A stretch of 64,000 bases of DNA from an uncultured Enterobacterales bacterium (GTDB lineage: Bacteria > Pseudomonadota > Gammaproteobacteria > Enterobacterales > CALYQQ01). Each line of letters opens with the position of its first letter. Positions within the stretch are counted from its first letter, which is position 1. Location of the stretch: the NCBI GenBank assembly GCA_945288535.1, contig CALYQQ010000017.1, positions 1,733 through 65,732 on the forward strand. Direction: 5' to 3'. The position numbers were made by a program, and so were the translations under genes. Positions 45,401 through 56,318 of this stretch are shown here, piece after piece. The notes beneath the pieces are model-generated. The model worked only from the letters and a program-made list of their open reading frames with translations, was not told where the DNA came from and made no database searches.

Positions 45401-45870
45401 CACGTGGTGTAGTAGGTGCAATGAGTATAGGTAAACAAATTCATTTTTATGATTATACATCTATCGCCAGAATAGACGGATTTTATTTTGAACCACAAGC
45501 ACAGTTTAATATTGCTTATAATGATCCCTCCTCTTATCGCGCTTCCAATGGATTAAAAATAGCTGTTGATGACTATCTCTCAACCTTAGGTAAACTTTCT
45601 ATAACGTTAGGTTATCATAAAGAAAATCGTGTGACGCCAACATATGGCTACATTACATTTTCCTATCTTAATGAAATGAGTGCGAAAACCGATTTTACTT
45701 TTAATGATCGTCGCCATCGTCAAAAATTTACTGGAACATGGTATATCTTAGCTATCGGTATGCATACTGAAATCTATAAGCGAAATACACTCTATATTGA
45801 TTTACAGCGATCTGAAGGTAATCGTTTTAACCATCATCAAATTAATGCTGGCTATCGACTACGTTTTTAA
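42499..45870 (+). CDS. Type Va autotransporter (large beta-helical passenger plus C-terminal beta-barrel)
   Basis: 1123 aa with a hydrophobic N-terminal signal region. The passenger is long, Asn/Ile/Gln-rich and degenerately repetitive. The C-terminal roughly 280 aa have alternating-hydrophobic beta strands ending ..INAGYRLRF (terminal aromatic OMP signature), preceded by the linker LQRFGQL. AGGGGG SD upstream. Confidence 0.75.
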   Translation: MKKNRSYPFLLLLSYFKYYVLLSFFYIYPMTTLASTFNEPINEDNWQSFLDTQSDKINIAKDGQNISAIYINPIKPEDLFKKKLYTYSLMQAKEIYITNNSHEPNNQTFAIQLVPQLNLGDEQQIDTTLNHVEVILPNNTKINSYAQQGQAIGIQAGLSFQFYRSKEIEANIGFGQLLTLGTNNQLSVKNQQGKATALDIFTLVQFNENLPDTQPAIIYSDISTDNVIMIGEKSRITADAFAQATGININNQIDTLKSIPVMNRTMHHPAASNLVIGNNAIIRATSIANDAIAIQSKTLLNYKESTSILSSPFPRLQNIRQKSILHIGENTQIEANAIQGSAAGIAFGNAQMYYGNDIAGLDFSISKNSYLSQITTQQNVKINVDAKQQAIGILLIDDFNNKESISDRFGDQVSSEVILELGEKNQIDVRTLQQTSYAVQLINKSYILPKTSEYEYQGTSSISAKIGESNQLVSQSEHGKSYGLYINNEATLIPIDALEMKRLAIINTTLANNVAITSRGYQQAYGVYMNIENYQLVPENQYRLATTLNLEGDLDVYSFATDNKETYAFYLRGHNTTLVSNNPGRYRFIGQIVANDNALIDLHATSDSTMLSDLIANHATIKMTMAENAHLIGSANYNAHSLLNLSLRDQATWLMTRDSALSLLDIQDQVNIYLSQHHVGYNTSSQSNIFNKLTVNSLNGRGNIWMNADLDNANKDLSAIDETTTFKDFLYVTEHLNGNYVITMPNQANYQGDADNIVLIRSDDIASDGTFLMANGAEFGGYIYNLKKITRSASECHNNRGCHYWALSSHKKPSTTVRATVNSINAGYLLTYAETQTNLQRFGQLHNNKHYQGDIWFHSFAGGINAFDASPMLEESRLKYRGFQLGADKQVHQTNNVQYIGTLAGLSTADLYYKLGEGSLRNWHFGFYDTLLFNNQIYIDILTKYTQMTHHYQVDDSLGNKVNGKVHTRGVVGAMSIGKQIHFYDYTSIARIDGFYFEPQAQFNIAYNDPSSYRASNGLKIAVDDYLSTLGKLSITLGYHKENRVTPTYGYITFSYLNEMSAKTDFTFNDRRHRQKFTGTWYILAIGMHTEIYKRNTLYIDLQRSEGNRFNHHQINAGYRLRF

Positions 45871-46089
45871 TTGCATTAAAGCATCTGTTAATCAATGTTG
45901 TGGTGCTAAATACATTAAAATATTTGCTAAACTGACCAGATACAATCTATGATAGTTTGTGTTTAAGCCAAACAATGACAGCATTATACTGATCTTAACA
46001 TGATCACTTTACTAGCATGGCTCACAATAATAATAAAATAAGAAACACATACAAATGTGATATCTAGAGTAAAGCTATCATTATACAAT

Positions 46090-46120
46090 AAAACCATGTT
46101 GCTTAAGCAAACATGGTTTT
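46090..46120. terminator. Bidirectional terminator between the autotransporter gene and the DUF979 gene
   Basis: Perfect 11-bp stem AAAACCATGTT / AACATGGTTTT with the 9-nt loop GCTTAAGCA. The A-run and T-run serve both strands. Confidence 0.6.
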
Positions 46121-46143
46121 ATGTAGACTTAATAAAATGTTAA

Positions 46144-47166
46144 TTATAAAAACATTAAAAAATACATTAGGAAGATATTAACAACTAAAAGTGCAATTCC
46201 TGTCGGGATTTGTACTTTAATAACCGCGTTTTTATCTGGTAAGTCAAGCAATGCCGCCGGAACAATATTATAATTTGCAGCCATTGGTGTCATTAGTGTT
46301 CCACAATACCCTGAAAACATACCAATTGCCGCCATTACTGCCGGATTCCCCCCATGTTGCATAATTAAAACAGGAATACCGATACCTGCTGTCACTATTG
46401 GAAAAGCCGCAAAAGCATTTCCCATGAGCATCGTTAACAGTGCCATTCCGCCGGCATATAAAGCCACGGCAATAAATTTATGATTAACGGCAACATAATG
46501 ATTGGTTAGATAAGCGATACCCTCACCAACACCTGCTTTTGTAAACAATAAACCGAGAGTAGCTAAAATTTGTGGTAAAATAAATGCCCAACCAATAGAA
46601 TCAAGTAAACGTCGTGATTCCTGTATCGATTGTAACGGGCTATCCTGCGTTATTTTTAGTGTGATCCCCCACCCTAGCAAACAACCTATTGTCATCGAAA
46701 ATAACGTAACCAATGTCGAATGATTTCCTTCTCCAAACATCCATTGCGCCACAGTAGCATTTTTAAAAATGATCACACCAATTACTGTGATAATGGGAAT
46801 AATCAATGCTGGAATAAATAATCTATTACCCAGTTTTTTAGCGCTTTGCTTACGTTTTTCTTCACTCAGTTGAGAATATTTACCTAATTTAACACCGCCA
46901 AATCCCGCGATTAATCCCATAACAATAACAACACTACCTACAATCATATTGATAGTTGAGCTAACGAGTTCTGACGATGCCGTTGTGATGCATTGCACCA
47001 AATGAAGGGTCCAGTCTCCAATAAAAAAGATAAACCCGTACATTCCCCAAAAGAGGCCTGTTGTTAATCTCCGTGGATTCGCCTTATCTTTAAAAGACAT
47101 AAAAGAGACGACAAACAAAATAATCCCTGCTAACCAATAGAGATATTCTTGCTTAAACAACATCAA
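46144..47166 (-). CDS. DUF979-family integral membrane protein
   Basis: 340 aa, about 9-10 TM helices. The 4-nt overlap with the upstream DUF969-type gene is the usual DUF969/DUF979 pair arrangement. Confidence 0.65.
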   Translation of the reverse strand: MMLFKQEYLYWLAGIILFVVSFMSFKDKANPRRLTTGLFWGMYGFIFFIGDWTLHLVQCITTASSELVSSTINMIVGSVVIVMGLIAGFGGVKLGKYSQLSEEKRKQSAKKLGNRLFIPALIIPIITVIGVIIFKNATVAQWMFGEGNHSTLVTLFSMTIGCLLGWGITLKITQDSPLQSIQESRRLLDSIGWAFILPQILATLGLLFTKAGVGEGIAYLTNHYVAVNHKFIAVALYAGGMALLTMLMGNAFAAFPIVTAGIGIPVLIMQHGGNPAVMAAIGMFSGYCGTLMTPMAANYNIVPAALLDLPDKNAVIKVQIPTGIALLVVNIFLMYFLMFL

Positions 47167-47897
47167 TTATTCCTCTTTGTTTGCATTACTTGCTTATTTA
47201 ATTCAGACAATTCTTTATTTAAACGCTTGTCCATACTGTATAAGCGATAACTATGGATTAAGAAAGCACATACTGCCGTCGGTATTCCCCAAAAAGCAAT
47301 ATGTAAGGGTTCTGTGTGGATATTAGCTGACTGCAACATAAAATTATGCATAAAAATAATAGCGCCGAATGCAACAAAAACATCCTCACCAAAAAATAGA
47401 CCAACATTATCAGATGATGCAGACATAGCTCGTAAACGATAGCGTATAGTGTCAGGTAGTGAGCCATAACGATTTTCCATCGCGCCCTCAGCCATTGGAG
47501 CGAGTAAAGGTCTTACCATTTGTGGGTGTCCTCCTAAACTTGTCAGCCCTATGGCTGCAGTGATCTCCCGAATAAATAAATAAATAATTAATAATCGTCC
47601 CACTGTTACAGTTTGAATACGGCTGATCCAAGCTTGTGCATGTTCTTTTAATCCATGGCGTTCTAGCATGCCAATGACGGCTAAAGGTAGCAATAGGATC
47701 AATGCTAAATTGCGCGTATTTAAAAATCCGGAACCTAATTCCGCTAAAATATGACTTATCGGCATATTAGCGGCAATCCCTGTAATTAATCCGGAAACAA
47801 TTGCCACTAATACAGGATTAATTTTGACCAAAAACCCGCATATGATAACTAACAGACCAATTAGCGGCCATAGGTTAATAATTTCTTCTCCACTCAT
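47163..47897 (-). CDS. DUF969-family integral membrane protein
   Basis: 244 aa polytopic membrane protein, paired and translationally coupled with the DUF979-type gene. The family call is from recollection of this conserved gene pair. Confidence 0.65.
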   Translation of the reverse strand: MSGEEIINLWPLIGLLVIICGFLVKINPVLVAIVSGLITGIAANMPISHILAELGSGFLNTRNLALILLLPLAVIGMLERHGLKEHAQAWISRIQTVTVGRLLIIYLFIREITAAIGLTSLGGHPQMVRPLLAPMAEGAMENRYGSLPDTIRYRLRAMSASSDNVGLFFGEDVFVAFGAIIFMHNFMLQSANIHTEPLHIAFWGIPTAVCAFLIHSYRLYSMDKRLNKELSELNKQVMQTKRNN

Positions 47898-48133
47898 ATG
47901 TGTCTCCTGTCTGAATAATTAGGCAAAGCAATAGCACCACTTAATATACAGTGGATTTTCATTGCTTAATCAGAACGTAATCTAAGATATTTACCCGATA
48001 TGATTGACGGGAAAGCAATAAAAAAGTGTTTTATTATTAATTGCGTCAGATTATATCGACTGTTGTAATAAAACAAGTTAAGTTGCCTGACTTGATTCAA
48101 GCAACAGCTGTAGTTACTTAATAAGACATTTGG

Positions 48134-48874
48134 TTATTCAGATGTAATAACAATACCCTGTTGTTCAAGCTGACTACGCAATAATTGAGCAAATGCTAAC
48201 GCATGTTGACTATCGCCATGTAGGCAAACTGTTTCAGCTTTCACTGGCACAAAATGCTGTTCAATACTATATACATGTTGTTGTTTTATCATATTTAATG
48301 TCTGTTGTAACGCATCCTCTTCACTATCAATTAGAGCATTGGCTTCATGGCGTGGCACTAAAGAACCATCAGACTGATATCGTCGATCAGCAAATACTTC
48401 ATTAATGGTTTTTAAGCCAATTCGTTCGGCTTCCAAGATTAATTGGCTCCCAGAGAGTCCCATAAGATAGAGTGTCGGATTAAAATCATATACAGCTTGC
48501 GCGATCGCGCCAGCCAATTGACGATCTTTTGCCGCTTGATTATATAACATTCCATGGGGCTTAACATGTCTCATTGTGGCACCTTCACTGCGAACAATAG
48601 CATTAAGTGCCCCCAATTGATAAAGCATTTGGCTATATATCGTTTCCGGAGGCAAATCCATTGCCTTACGACCAAAATTTTCTCGATCAAGAAATCCTGG
48701 ATGGGCACCTATGGCAACACCATATTTTATCGCCCAACGGACAGCCTTATGCATCGTTACTGCATCGCCTGCGTGAAAACCACAGGCAATATTTGCCGAG
48801 CTCACAAGTTGTAATAATGCCTCATCATGAATACAACCTTCTCCTAAATCAGCATTTAGATCTATTTTCATCAA
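48134..48874 (-). CDS. pxpA: 5-oxoprolinase subunit A (LamB/YcsF family)
   Basis: [25 protein letters not shown]...GAHPG..VKPHG.LYN. The classical LamB/YcsF (PxpA) motifs. Confidence 0.88.
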   Translation of the reverse strand: MMKIDLNADLGEGCIHDEALLQLVSSANIACGFHAGDAVTMHKAVRWAIKYGVAIGAHPGFLDRENFGRKAMDLPPETIYSQMLYQLGALNAIVRSEGATMRHVKPHGMLYNQAAKDRQLAGAIAQAVYDFNPTLYLMGLSGSQLILEAERIGLKTINEVFADRRYQSDGSLVPRHEANALIDSEEDALQQTLNMIKQQHVYSIEQHFVPVKAETVCLHGDSQHALAFAQLLRSQLEQQGIVITSE

Positions 48875-49790
48875 GTCCCCATTTAATTTTTTGAATGGCT
48901 AGCTGTTGAGCTAATTTTGCTCGCCGTGCTTCAGCAAGTGTACAATGCACAAAATGAACCTTTTCACCTAACCGTATTTGTGCTAATTGATAAAGATCCG
49001 CTTCAATTACACATGCTATACGTGGGTATCCGCCTGTAGTTTGGGCATCAGCCATTAATACTATCGGTTGGCCATTATGTGGAACCTGAATCGTCCCTGG
49101 GATCAATCCATGCGAGCACATTTCACGTTGTACCTGTCGCGTAAGTGCCGTGCCATGCAATCTAAATCCCATTCGATTACTTTGTGGTGTTAATTGCCAG
49201 GCGTGCTGCCAAAAAGATGCCTGTGATTCTGAGGAAAATTCATTATATTCTGGGCCTGCTAACGCACGAATACGATTACTAAATGGGAGTAATTGCACCC
49301 CTGCAGAAGAAGAAAAATCCCATGTAGGCTGATTTATTGGTAACATGTCACCATCTTTGAGTAAGCGCCCCTCCATGCCACCAAAGCCTGCTTTTAAATC
49401 TGTGGCTCGCGAACCTAATACCTCGTTGACTGCAATACCACCTGCAATAGCTAGATAAGTACGCATGCCACGTTTGGGCATATTCAATGTTAATTGTTGG
49501 CCAGCTTTAACGTTGGTTCGCCAACCGGACCAAACAACCTGTTCATCTAACATCGCATCGCAATCAGCACCAGTTAACGCCAGCCAGCCATCTTGCCAAA
49601 AACGAAATTGGCATTGACCAAAGGTGATTTCTAATACAGCTGCATTTGGCTGATTACCTACAAGCATATTTGCTATTTGCATTGACGGCACATCTAATGC
49701 GCCACCTTTACTTATGCCCAGTCGACGAAAACCTTCACGTCCTAAATCTTGCACTGATGTCATCATACCTGCACGAATAATTTCTAACAT
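48849..49790 (-). CDS. pxpC: 5-oxoprolinase subunit C (KipA / allophanate hydrolase subunit 2 family)
   Basis: [38 protein letters not shown] and TTGGYPRIA are cyclophilin-like CT_C_D domain hallmarks. Overlaps pxpB and pxpA. Confidence 0.85.
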   Translation of the reverse strand: MLEIIRAGMMTSVQDLGREGFRRLGISKGGALDVPSMQIANMLVGNQPNAAVLEITFGQCQFRFWQDGWLALTGADCDAMLDEQVVWSGWRTNVKAGQQLTLNMPKRGMRTYLAIAGGIAVNEVLGSRATDLKAGFGGMEGRLLKDGDMLPINQPTWDFSSSAGVQLLPFSNRIRALAGPEYNEFSSESQASFWQHAWQLTPQSNRMGFRLHGTALTRQVQREMCSHGLIPGTIQVPHNGQPIVLMADAQTTGGYPRIACVIEADLYQLAQIRLGEKVHFVHCTLAEARRAKLAQQLAIQKIKWGLDENRSKC

Positions 49791-50479
49791 ACACCCTCCT
49801 TCACAGGTATAAAACGGACGTTATCACCAGGATGCAATAAGGTAGGTGACATTGCGTTAGGATCAAACAGTTTTAGAGGTGTTTTTCCAATAATTTGCCA
49901 CCCTCCAGGCGTTTCAAGTGGATAAATTCCCGTTTGACTCCCACCAATACCCACTGAGCCTGCAGCGACTGCAATACGCGGATCTGCACGACGTGGCGTA
50001 TCGAGTTGTTCAGGCATACCGCCCATATAAGCAAATCCAGGTTGAAAACCAAGAAAGTAAACCACATAGTTGGCTGAGCTATGACACTCCACGACTTGTT
50101 TTGCTGTCATACTATGATAGTCTGCAACGTCATTAAGATCCGGTCCCTGTTCTCCACCGTAATAAACAGGAATATCAATATTTCTTGCTTCAGGAACTAA
50201 TGCGTCACTTTTATCCCACATTTCTCTTAGCCAATCAATTACAGCTGATGTTGATTGTTGTGGTTCCTCCAATAATACAGTTAAATTATTCATTCCTGGT
50301 ACAACTTCTTTTACCTTTGAATGATGACGTAAATAATCTGCCAATCCCCAGATACGCTGTTGCAATGCCAATGAGGCCGGTGTACTAAGTTCAAGAACAA
50401 CAGCACTTTCACCTAATAAATAAAATAAAACGTTTTGAGAAATAATTTTTTCTAAGTACATAAACATCTTCATAATCAT
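49784..50479 (-). CDS. pxpB: 5-oxoprolinase subunit B (KipI / allophanate hydrolase subunit 1 family)
   Basis: [74 protein letters not shown] and [13 protein letters not shown] are collinear with E. coli PxpB (YbgJ). The true start is probably internal to the ORF-track model. Confidence 0.85.
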   Translation of the reverse strand: MIMKMFMYLEKIISQNVLFYLLGESAVVLELSTPASLALQQRIWGLADYLRHHSKVKEVVPGMNNLTVLLEEPQQSTSAVIDWLREMWDKSDALVPEARNIDIPVYYGGEQGPDLNDVADYHSMTAKQVVECHSSANYVVYFLGFQPGFAYMGGMPEQLDTPRRADPRIAVAAGSVGIGGSQTGIYPLETPGGWQIIGKTPLKLFDPNAMSPTLLHPGDNVRFIPVKEGVC

Positions 50480-51599
50480 GCAATACTATTTATACGTTAT
50501 CAAACATGAGGCTACTTTTGTCAATAGACTTTGCTATTTCTGATTCAATTTATTTTAAACAGATTAACATGCGATAAATCATGAAAAAATAAAAAAAATC
50601 ATTAAAAATGATATAATTACAACAAAAAACCACCTGGTTTGTCAAAAATTATTACTTTATTTATCTGTATTACGCGAACATAAATCGTCTTCAATACGAA
50701 ATAATAAGCTGATTTATACCAACTTATTGTTAAACATGTAATTGCATAATTATGCAATTACTTCAGCACTTACTCATATTATGTTATAGATAAACTTCAT
50801 TTAATGATAGGTATTATCAGGTAGGCATGTGATGAAAAAATATTACATAATATCTATAGTTAGTGTCACATAGGTCTTTATATATCAACAAAAAGTAGAT
50901 GAAAAATTACTGAGATCCGCTTTTAGAATGGATATATTAGGGACCACATTATACCAATACGGAAAGATGATTATTATGTCTACTTAATAGCATTGCTGTA
51001 TATGATTTATTATCAATGATATATTAATTCTTTTTTTCTGATTCTATTGTTTTTCATTATAACCATATGGATAGTAAAAAAAGTGAACACCTAAATTACA
51101 TTAAGGACTGCCTGTCGTAAACATGTGTGACAAATTCATTTAAACAATACACACTAGCCCAGTTAAGAAAATTATTGTAGTACGCTTGTAAAGTCGTAGC
51201 TTATTATCGAACACTGATAACTTCGTTATTCTAACATAGAAACACTAGATCGTATTGAAAATAGATTGTTCATTATTTTTATGCTCTCTTTTTCTGCTTA
51301 ATTTATATCGCGTTTTACACTGCTTTTGATTATTTTAACTGCTTGATTACATGAAAAAAACATGCTCATTATTCGAATTATATTGTTTTTCAGCTGACTT
51401 GCCATCATCTATCAAGTATTAATATGTTGATATTAAAATAGTCTAATTAAACTTATGATAATGGATTATTCTTTATTGCTTTATTGTTCTATAAAATAAA
51501 AAATACTTATCTCTTGTATTCCTTGTGAGAAAGCGTATTTTGCATACCATCTATTAACTCCTCTTATCACTTCTTACTTATTAAAGGGTATAAATACTA

Positions 51600-53303
51600 A
51601 TGAAATTATTTGGCCCAAATGGAATACGGTTATGCAGTGCGCTTATGGATGCGTGTTGGCGTGAACCTTATACTTCAAGTCGCTTTATCAAAGATATAAT
51701 AGCAGGTATTACTGTTGGTATTATTGCTATCCCACTAGCGATGGCATTAGCTATTGCCAGTGGGGTTGCCCCTCAATATGGCTTATATACCGCTATTATA
51801 GCAGGAACCATAATTGCTTTAACTGGTGGTTCTCGTTACAGCGTCTCCGGCCCAACCGCAGCCTTTGTTGTGATCCTCTATCCTGTTTCTACGCAATTGG
51901 GTCTTAGTGGGTTGTTAATGGCGACACTATTATCAGGACTATTTCTTATTTTAATGGGGGTAGCACGTTTTGGCCGATTAATTGAATACATTCCATTATC
52001 GGTGACTTTAGGATTTACCTCTGGTATTGCAATTACCATTGCTACCATGCAAATAAAAGACTTTTTTGGGTTAACCGTCAGCGAAATGCCAGAAAGTTAT
52101 TTAGGAAAGTTAAATGTTTTATTTGAATCTATGCCTACATTAAATGTAGGAGATACACTTGTTGGCATTTCTACCTTATTAGTCTTAATTTATTGGCCAC
52201 GTTTACGTCTCAATTTTCCTGCGCATTTACCTGCTTTAATTACAGGCTGTCTGGTTATGTATCTTGTTAATCAATGTAATCAAGATGTCACAACTATTGG
52301 ATCACGTTTTACTTTTCAATTAGCGGATGGTACTATAGGCCAAGGCATCCCACCTATCTTACCGCAATTTCAATTACCATGGCAGCTTCCTAATGCCTCA
52401 GGTCAAATTGTTAGTTGGAATTGGCAAACCTTATCAAAATTATTACCTATTGCCTTTTCAATGAGTATATTAGGTGCAATCGAATCCTTATTATGTGCCG
52501 TCGTTATTGACGAAATGACACATAAAAAACATCAATCAAATAATGAATTGATTAGTCAAGGGTTAGGTAATCTGATCGCTCCTTTTTTTGGCGGGATTAC
52601 GGCAACAGCTGCAATTGCTCGTTCAACGGCTAATGTTAACGCAGGGGCTTCTTCACCAGTTGCAGCAATCATACATTCTTTAGTCGTGTTATTTATTTTA
52701 TTATGTTTCTCCCCATTATTATCATTATTACCGCTTGCTGCTATGGCCGCTTTACTCCTCATTGTCGCCTGGAATATGAGTGCTGCCCCACGGGTTGTTA
52801 GCATAATAAAATATGCGCCAAAAGATGATATTATTGTCATGCTACTTTGTATGTTACTTACTGTCCTCTTTGATATGGTTATTGCTATTACCGTAGGTAT
52901 TGTATTGGCATCATTATTATTTATGCGTCGTATTGCTAGAATGACTAAACTCAGCGAAATCCCAGCTGTCCACGATAATATGCTTATATTACGTATTAAT
53001 GGACCTCTATTTTTTGCTGCCGCTGAACGTATATTTTCTGATATTTATTCTCGTATCGATAATTATCAAACTATTATTTTACAATGGGATGCTGTACCTG
53101 TACTCGATGCTGGAGGATTAAGTGCTTTTCAACACTTTGTTCAATATTTACCTGAAGGAAAAACACTTTATATTACGGATATTACTTACCAACCACTTAA
53201 GACGCTTGCGAGAGCAAAGGTCATTCCTATTGAGAAACGATTAATCTTTTGTTCTACCCTCGCCGAGGCATTTAAGTTAACAACAGGAAAAGTAAATGAT
53301 TAA
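51600..53303 (+). CDS. dauA: SulP-family C4-dicarboxylate transporter DauA (YchM) with C-terminal STAS domain
   Basis: [52 protein letters not shown].. and ..[44 protein letters not shown] are almost identical in pattern to E. coli DauA. The STAS tail is GPLFFAAAE. Confidence 0.92.
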   Translation: MKLFGPNGIRLCSALMDACWREPYTSSRFIKDIIAGITVGIIAIPLAMALAIASGVAPQYGLYTAIIAGTIIALTGGSRYSVSGPTAAFVVILYPVSTQLGLSGLLMATLLSGLFLILMGVARFGRLIEYIPLSVTLGFTSGIAITIATMQIKDFFGLTVSEMPESYLGKLNVLFESMPTLNVGDTLVGISTLLVLIYWPRLRLNFPAHLPALITGCLVMYLVNQCNQDVTTIGSRFTFQLADGTIGQGIPPILPQFQLPWQLPNASGQIVSWNWQTLSKLLPIAFSMSILGAIESLLCAVVIDEMTHKKHQSNNELISQGLGNLIAPFFGGITATAAIARSTANVNAGASSPVAAIIHSLVVLFILLCFSPLLSLLPLAAMAALLLIVAWNMSAAPRVVSIIKYAPKDDIIVMLLCMLLTVLFDMVIAITVGIVLASLLFMRRIARMTKLSEIPAVHDNMLILRINGPLFFAAAERIFSDIYSRIDNYQTIILQWDAVPVLDAGGLSAFQHFVQYLPEGKTLYITDITYQPLKTLARAKVIPIEKRLIFCSTLAEAFKLTTGKVND

Positions 53304-53361
53304 TTAATAGTCTATAGAGAAACAATACATAATATAACTGCAAGGAAGCACTCTATACTAA

Positions 53362-53405
53362 TATTGACTATCACTCGACTTAAAATTGCCGAGTGATAGT
53401 CAATA
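53362..53405. repeat. Perfect 16-bp inverted repeat (hairpin) downstream of dauA
   Basis: TATTGACTATCACTCG (53362-53377), a 12-nt loop, then CGAGTGATAGTCAATA (53390-53405). No T-run follows. Confidence 0.8.
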
Positions 53406-53712
53406 ATGGTGATATTAATAAAGTCAAATAAACTGAATACGTTATTTAGCTATATAATAAAACACTCTTGCTGTTTACCCGTAAATATTTCTCTGTCATT
53501 TATTCAAACTACTTTCCAAAAAAATAGCGATGGCAGATATAGAAATTATCAATATTTCTACCCATTTACTTAAGATAAGACAATACTATAAGTTGGTTCT
53601 CTATTCTTATATAATCACATATACATTATAGGAATAAAGAAAACAGAGCAATTAACAAAATTACTCTGAATAAGCCAAAATACGCGTTATTATTCGTTTA
53701 TATATACTACGG

Positions 53713-53862
53713 CTAAAGAGAATCACTTACTCTTGTTGCACCCGTCGTAATGGCTTCACCACCCGACTGAACATCTTTACCAACCCCTTTGAATGTATTA
53801 CATCCCGCCAAAGACAACAGCATCATCATAGCAAATAATAAAGAAATAATTTTTTTATACAT
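53713..53862 (-). CDS. Entericidin A/B-family small lipoprotein (49 aa), absent from the ORF track
   Basis: Manual translation gives MYKKIISLLFAMMMLLSLAGCNTFKGVGKDVQSGGEAITTGATRVSDSL. It has the lipobox LAGC, and CNT.KGVG.D...GG.AI matches EcnA/EcnB (..[22 protein letters not shown]). AAGAGGA SD 6 nt before the ATG. Confidence 0.7.
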   Translation of the reverse strand: MYKKIISLLFAMMMLLSLAGCNTFKGVGKDVQSGGEAITTGATRVSDSL

Positions 53863-54195
53863 GGTTTATCCTCTTAATAAACATCATAGATAATAAATGT
53901 ATTTTAAGAGTATATAACGGTTGGAAATTTTTACCGTTTACTTACTGGATAAATGAAACGATTTATTTCATTCATTTTCTATAAAAAAATACATTTGACG
54001 AGCTAAAAAGGTAACGTGCTACACATAAAAGATGCTAACAAGTTTAGTTTAACGATAAAAAGCGTACATGTATTACAATTGAGAACATGAAAATCGTCTA
54101 CATGATACGACATATTTCGATACATCTTGTTTGAAACATAACAAGTAGTCAATAATTAACTACTTGTTATAAAGATCGCCTTATAGACTTTGATC

Positions 54196-55059
<864 letters not shown>

Positions 55060-55142
55060 CTAACGCAAATAATTAATCAATATAAATAAGATTAAGCTAC
55101 CGATCTTTACCATGTATGAGGCCATTAATGTTACTACCTTTG

Positions 55143-55949
55143 TTAATGTAGTACGACATGACTATCAGTAATTGAGTTGATATGTAACTTTACTAATTCA
55201 ATACCAGGATCTTCCGGACATTTTTCAATAAAATAATGTAAATCAGATAACGCTGCTTTTTCACACTGCAATTGTACATAAATCAAGCCACGATCACGAA
55301 TTTCATAAGGATCATCCGGGATCAATTCCAGCATAATCTCACTAATTTTTAAGGCATCTTCTGGCCTATTTTCTTGCAAATAAGCTGTTTTTAATGCTCC
55401 TATCAGCCGAAACAATAACAATGCATTATCAACCGAAGCAAACGATTTCTCATTAATTTTAGCCGCTATGCCCAGATAACCTTTAGCCCATCTATCCAGC
55501 ATTTCCCAAGATAAATATTCACCAGTTTGTGGATTAATTCCCCACACGTTTCCCGTACCCCATTCTATTTTAATTAGTAATTGAGATAGGAAGATAATGG
55601 GCTTGACTGGAATATTTAAAACATTCGCTAACTTGATGAGTAAAAATGCTAGCATACTTGCCGTACCTTTACGATCAAGTAACACACGATCTAACCAAAT
55701 AGCATCAGAAAGGCGATATTTACCACTACAACATTGAAATCCCCATTCCTGATAAAATAAATAAACTAATTTCTCAAACCGTTGTTCAATAGATAAACTT
55801 TGCGGAATTTGCTTTACTGCATTATCAATTAAATCAGCTAATGTTTTTTTAGTCCATTGCTGGGGAAAATCGGATCTGACTCTGTCAGCAAAAATAAAAA
55901 AACATTCATCCAATGATAATTCATTAAACTTATCGAATGTTAATAACAT
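55143..55949 (-). CDS. sirB1: SirB1/YchA (transglutaminase-like/TPR protein)
   Basis: YRLSDAIWLDRVL and the C-terminal DPYEIRDRGLIYVQLQCEKAALSDLHYFIEKCPEDP..VVLH match E. coli YchA. Located between prmC and kdsA. Confidence 0.85.
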   Translation of the reverse strand: MLLTFDKFNELSLDECFFIFADRVRSDFPQQWTKKTLADLIDNAVKQIPQSLSIEQRFEKLVYLFYQEWGFQCCSGKYRLSDAIWLDRVLLDRKGTASMLAFLLIKLANVLNIPVKPIIFLSQLLIKIEWGTGNVWGINPQTGEYLSWEMLDRWAKGYLGIAAKINEKSFASVDNALLLFRLIGALKTAYLQENRPEDALKISEIMLELIPDDPYEIRDRGLIYVQLQCEKAALSDLHYFIEKCPEDPGIELVKLHINSITDSHVVLH

Positions 55950-56318
55950 GTTATAATTCTTCCAAATATATGCACTGAGAACAAGTTAAATATCGATTTA
56001 GGGTAACATGCTCAATTGTTATAATAATCTGCAATTATTTAATAAATAATGTATTATAACAAAAAATGCATAAAAGAAATCGGCTATGCGTAGAACAAAA
56101 CAAAAAAAACCATAAGCATTACTCTTTTTTTAAAGTAAGCGTTAGTCGTTATAATATATTAATTAGATATGCGTAATATTATCCTCTAGCAATACGCTTC
56201 ATCCACGCTTTATCATTACCAAACAAACGAGTTAACCTAGCATATAGTATGTAAACAAATAATTATATGTAGCGCGTGAATAGAAATAATAACGTTATTC
56301 TCATTCCATCACATATAA

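Noticed and set aside
55950-56318. Possible sirB2 (ychQ) relic in the 369-bp gap between sirB1 and prmC. The minus-strand fragment reads ..ISIHALHIIICLHTIC*VNSFVW.
   Set aside because: The similarity to my recollection of SirB2 (K.LH....S..LF..R..W) is weak and short, and I cannot distinguish it from noise without a search.
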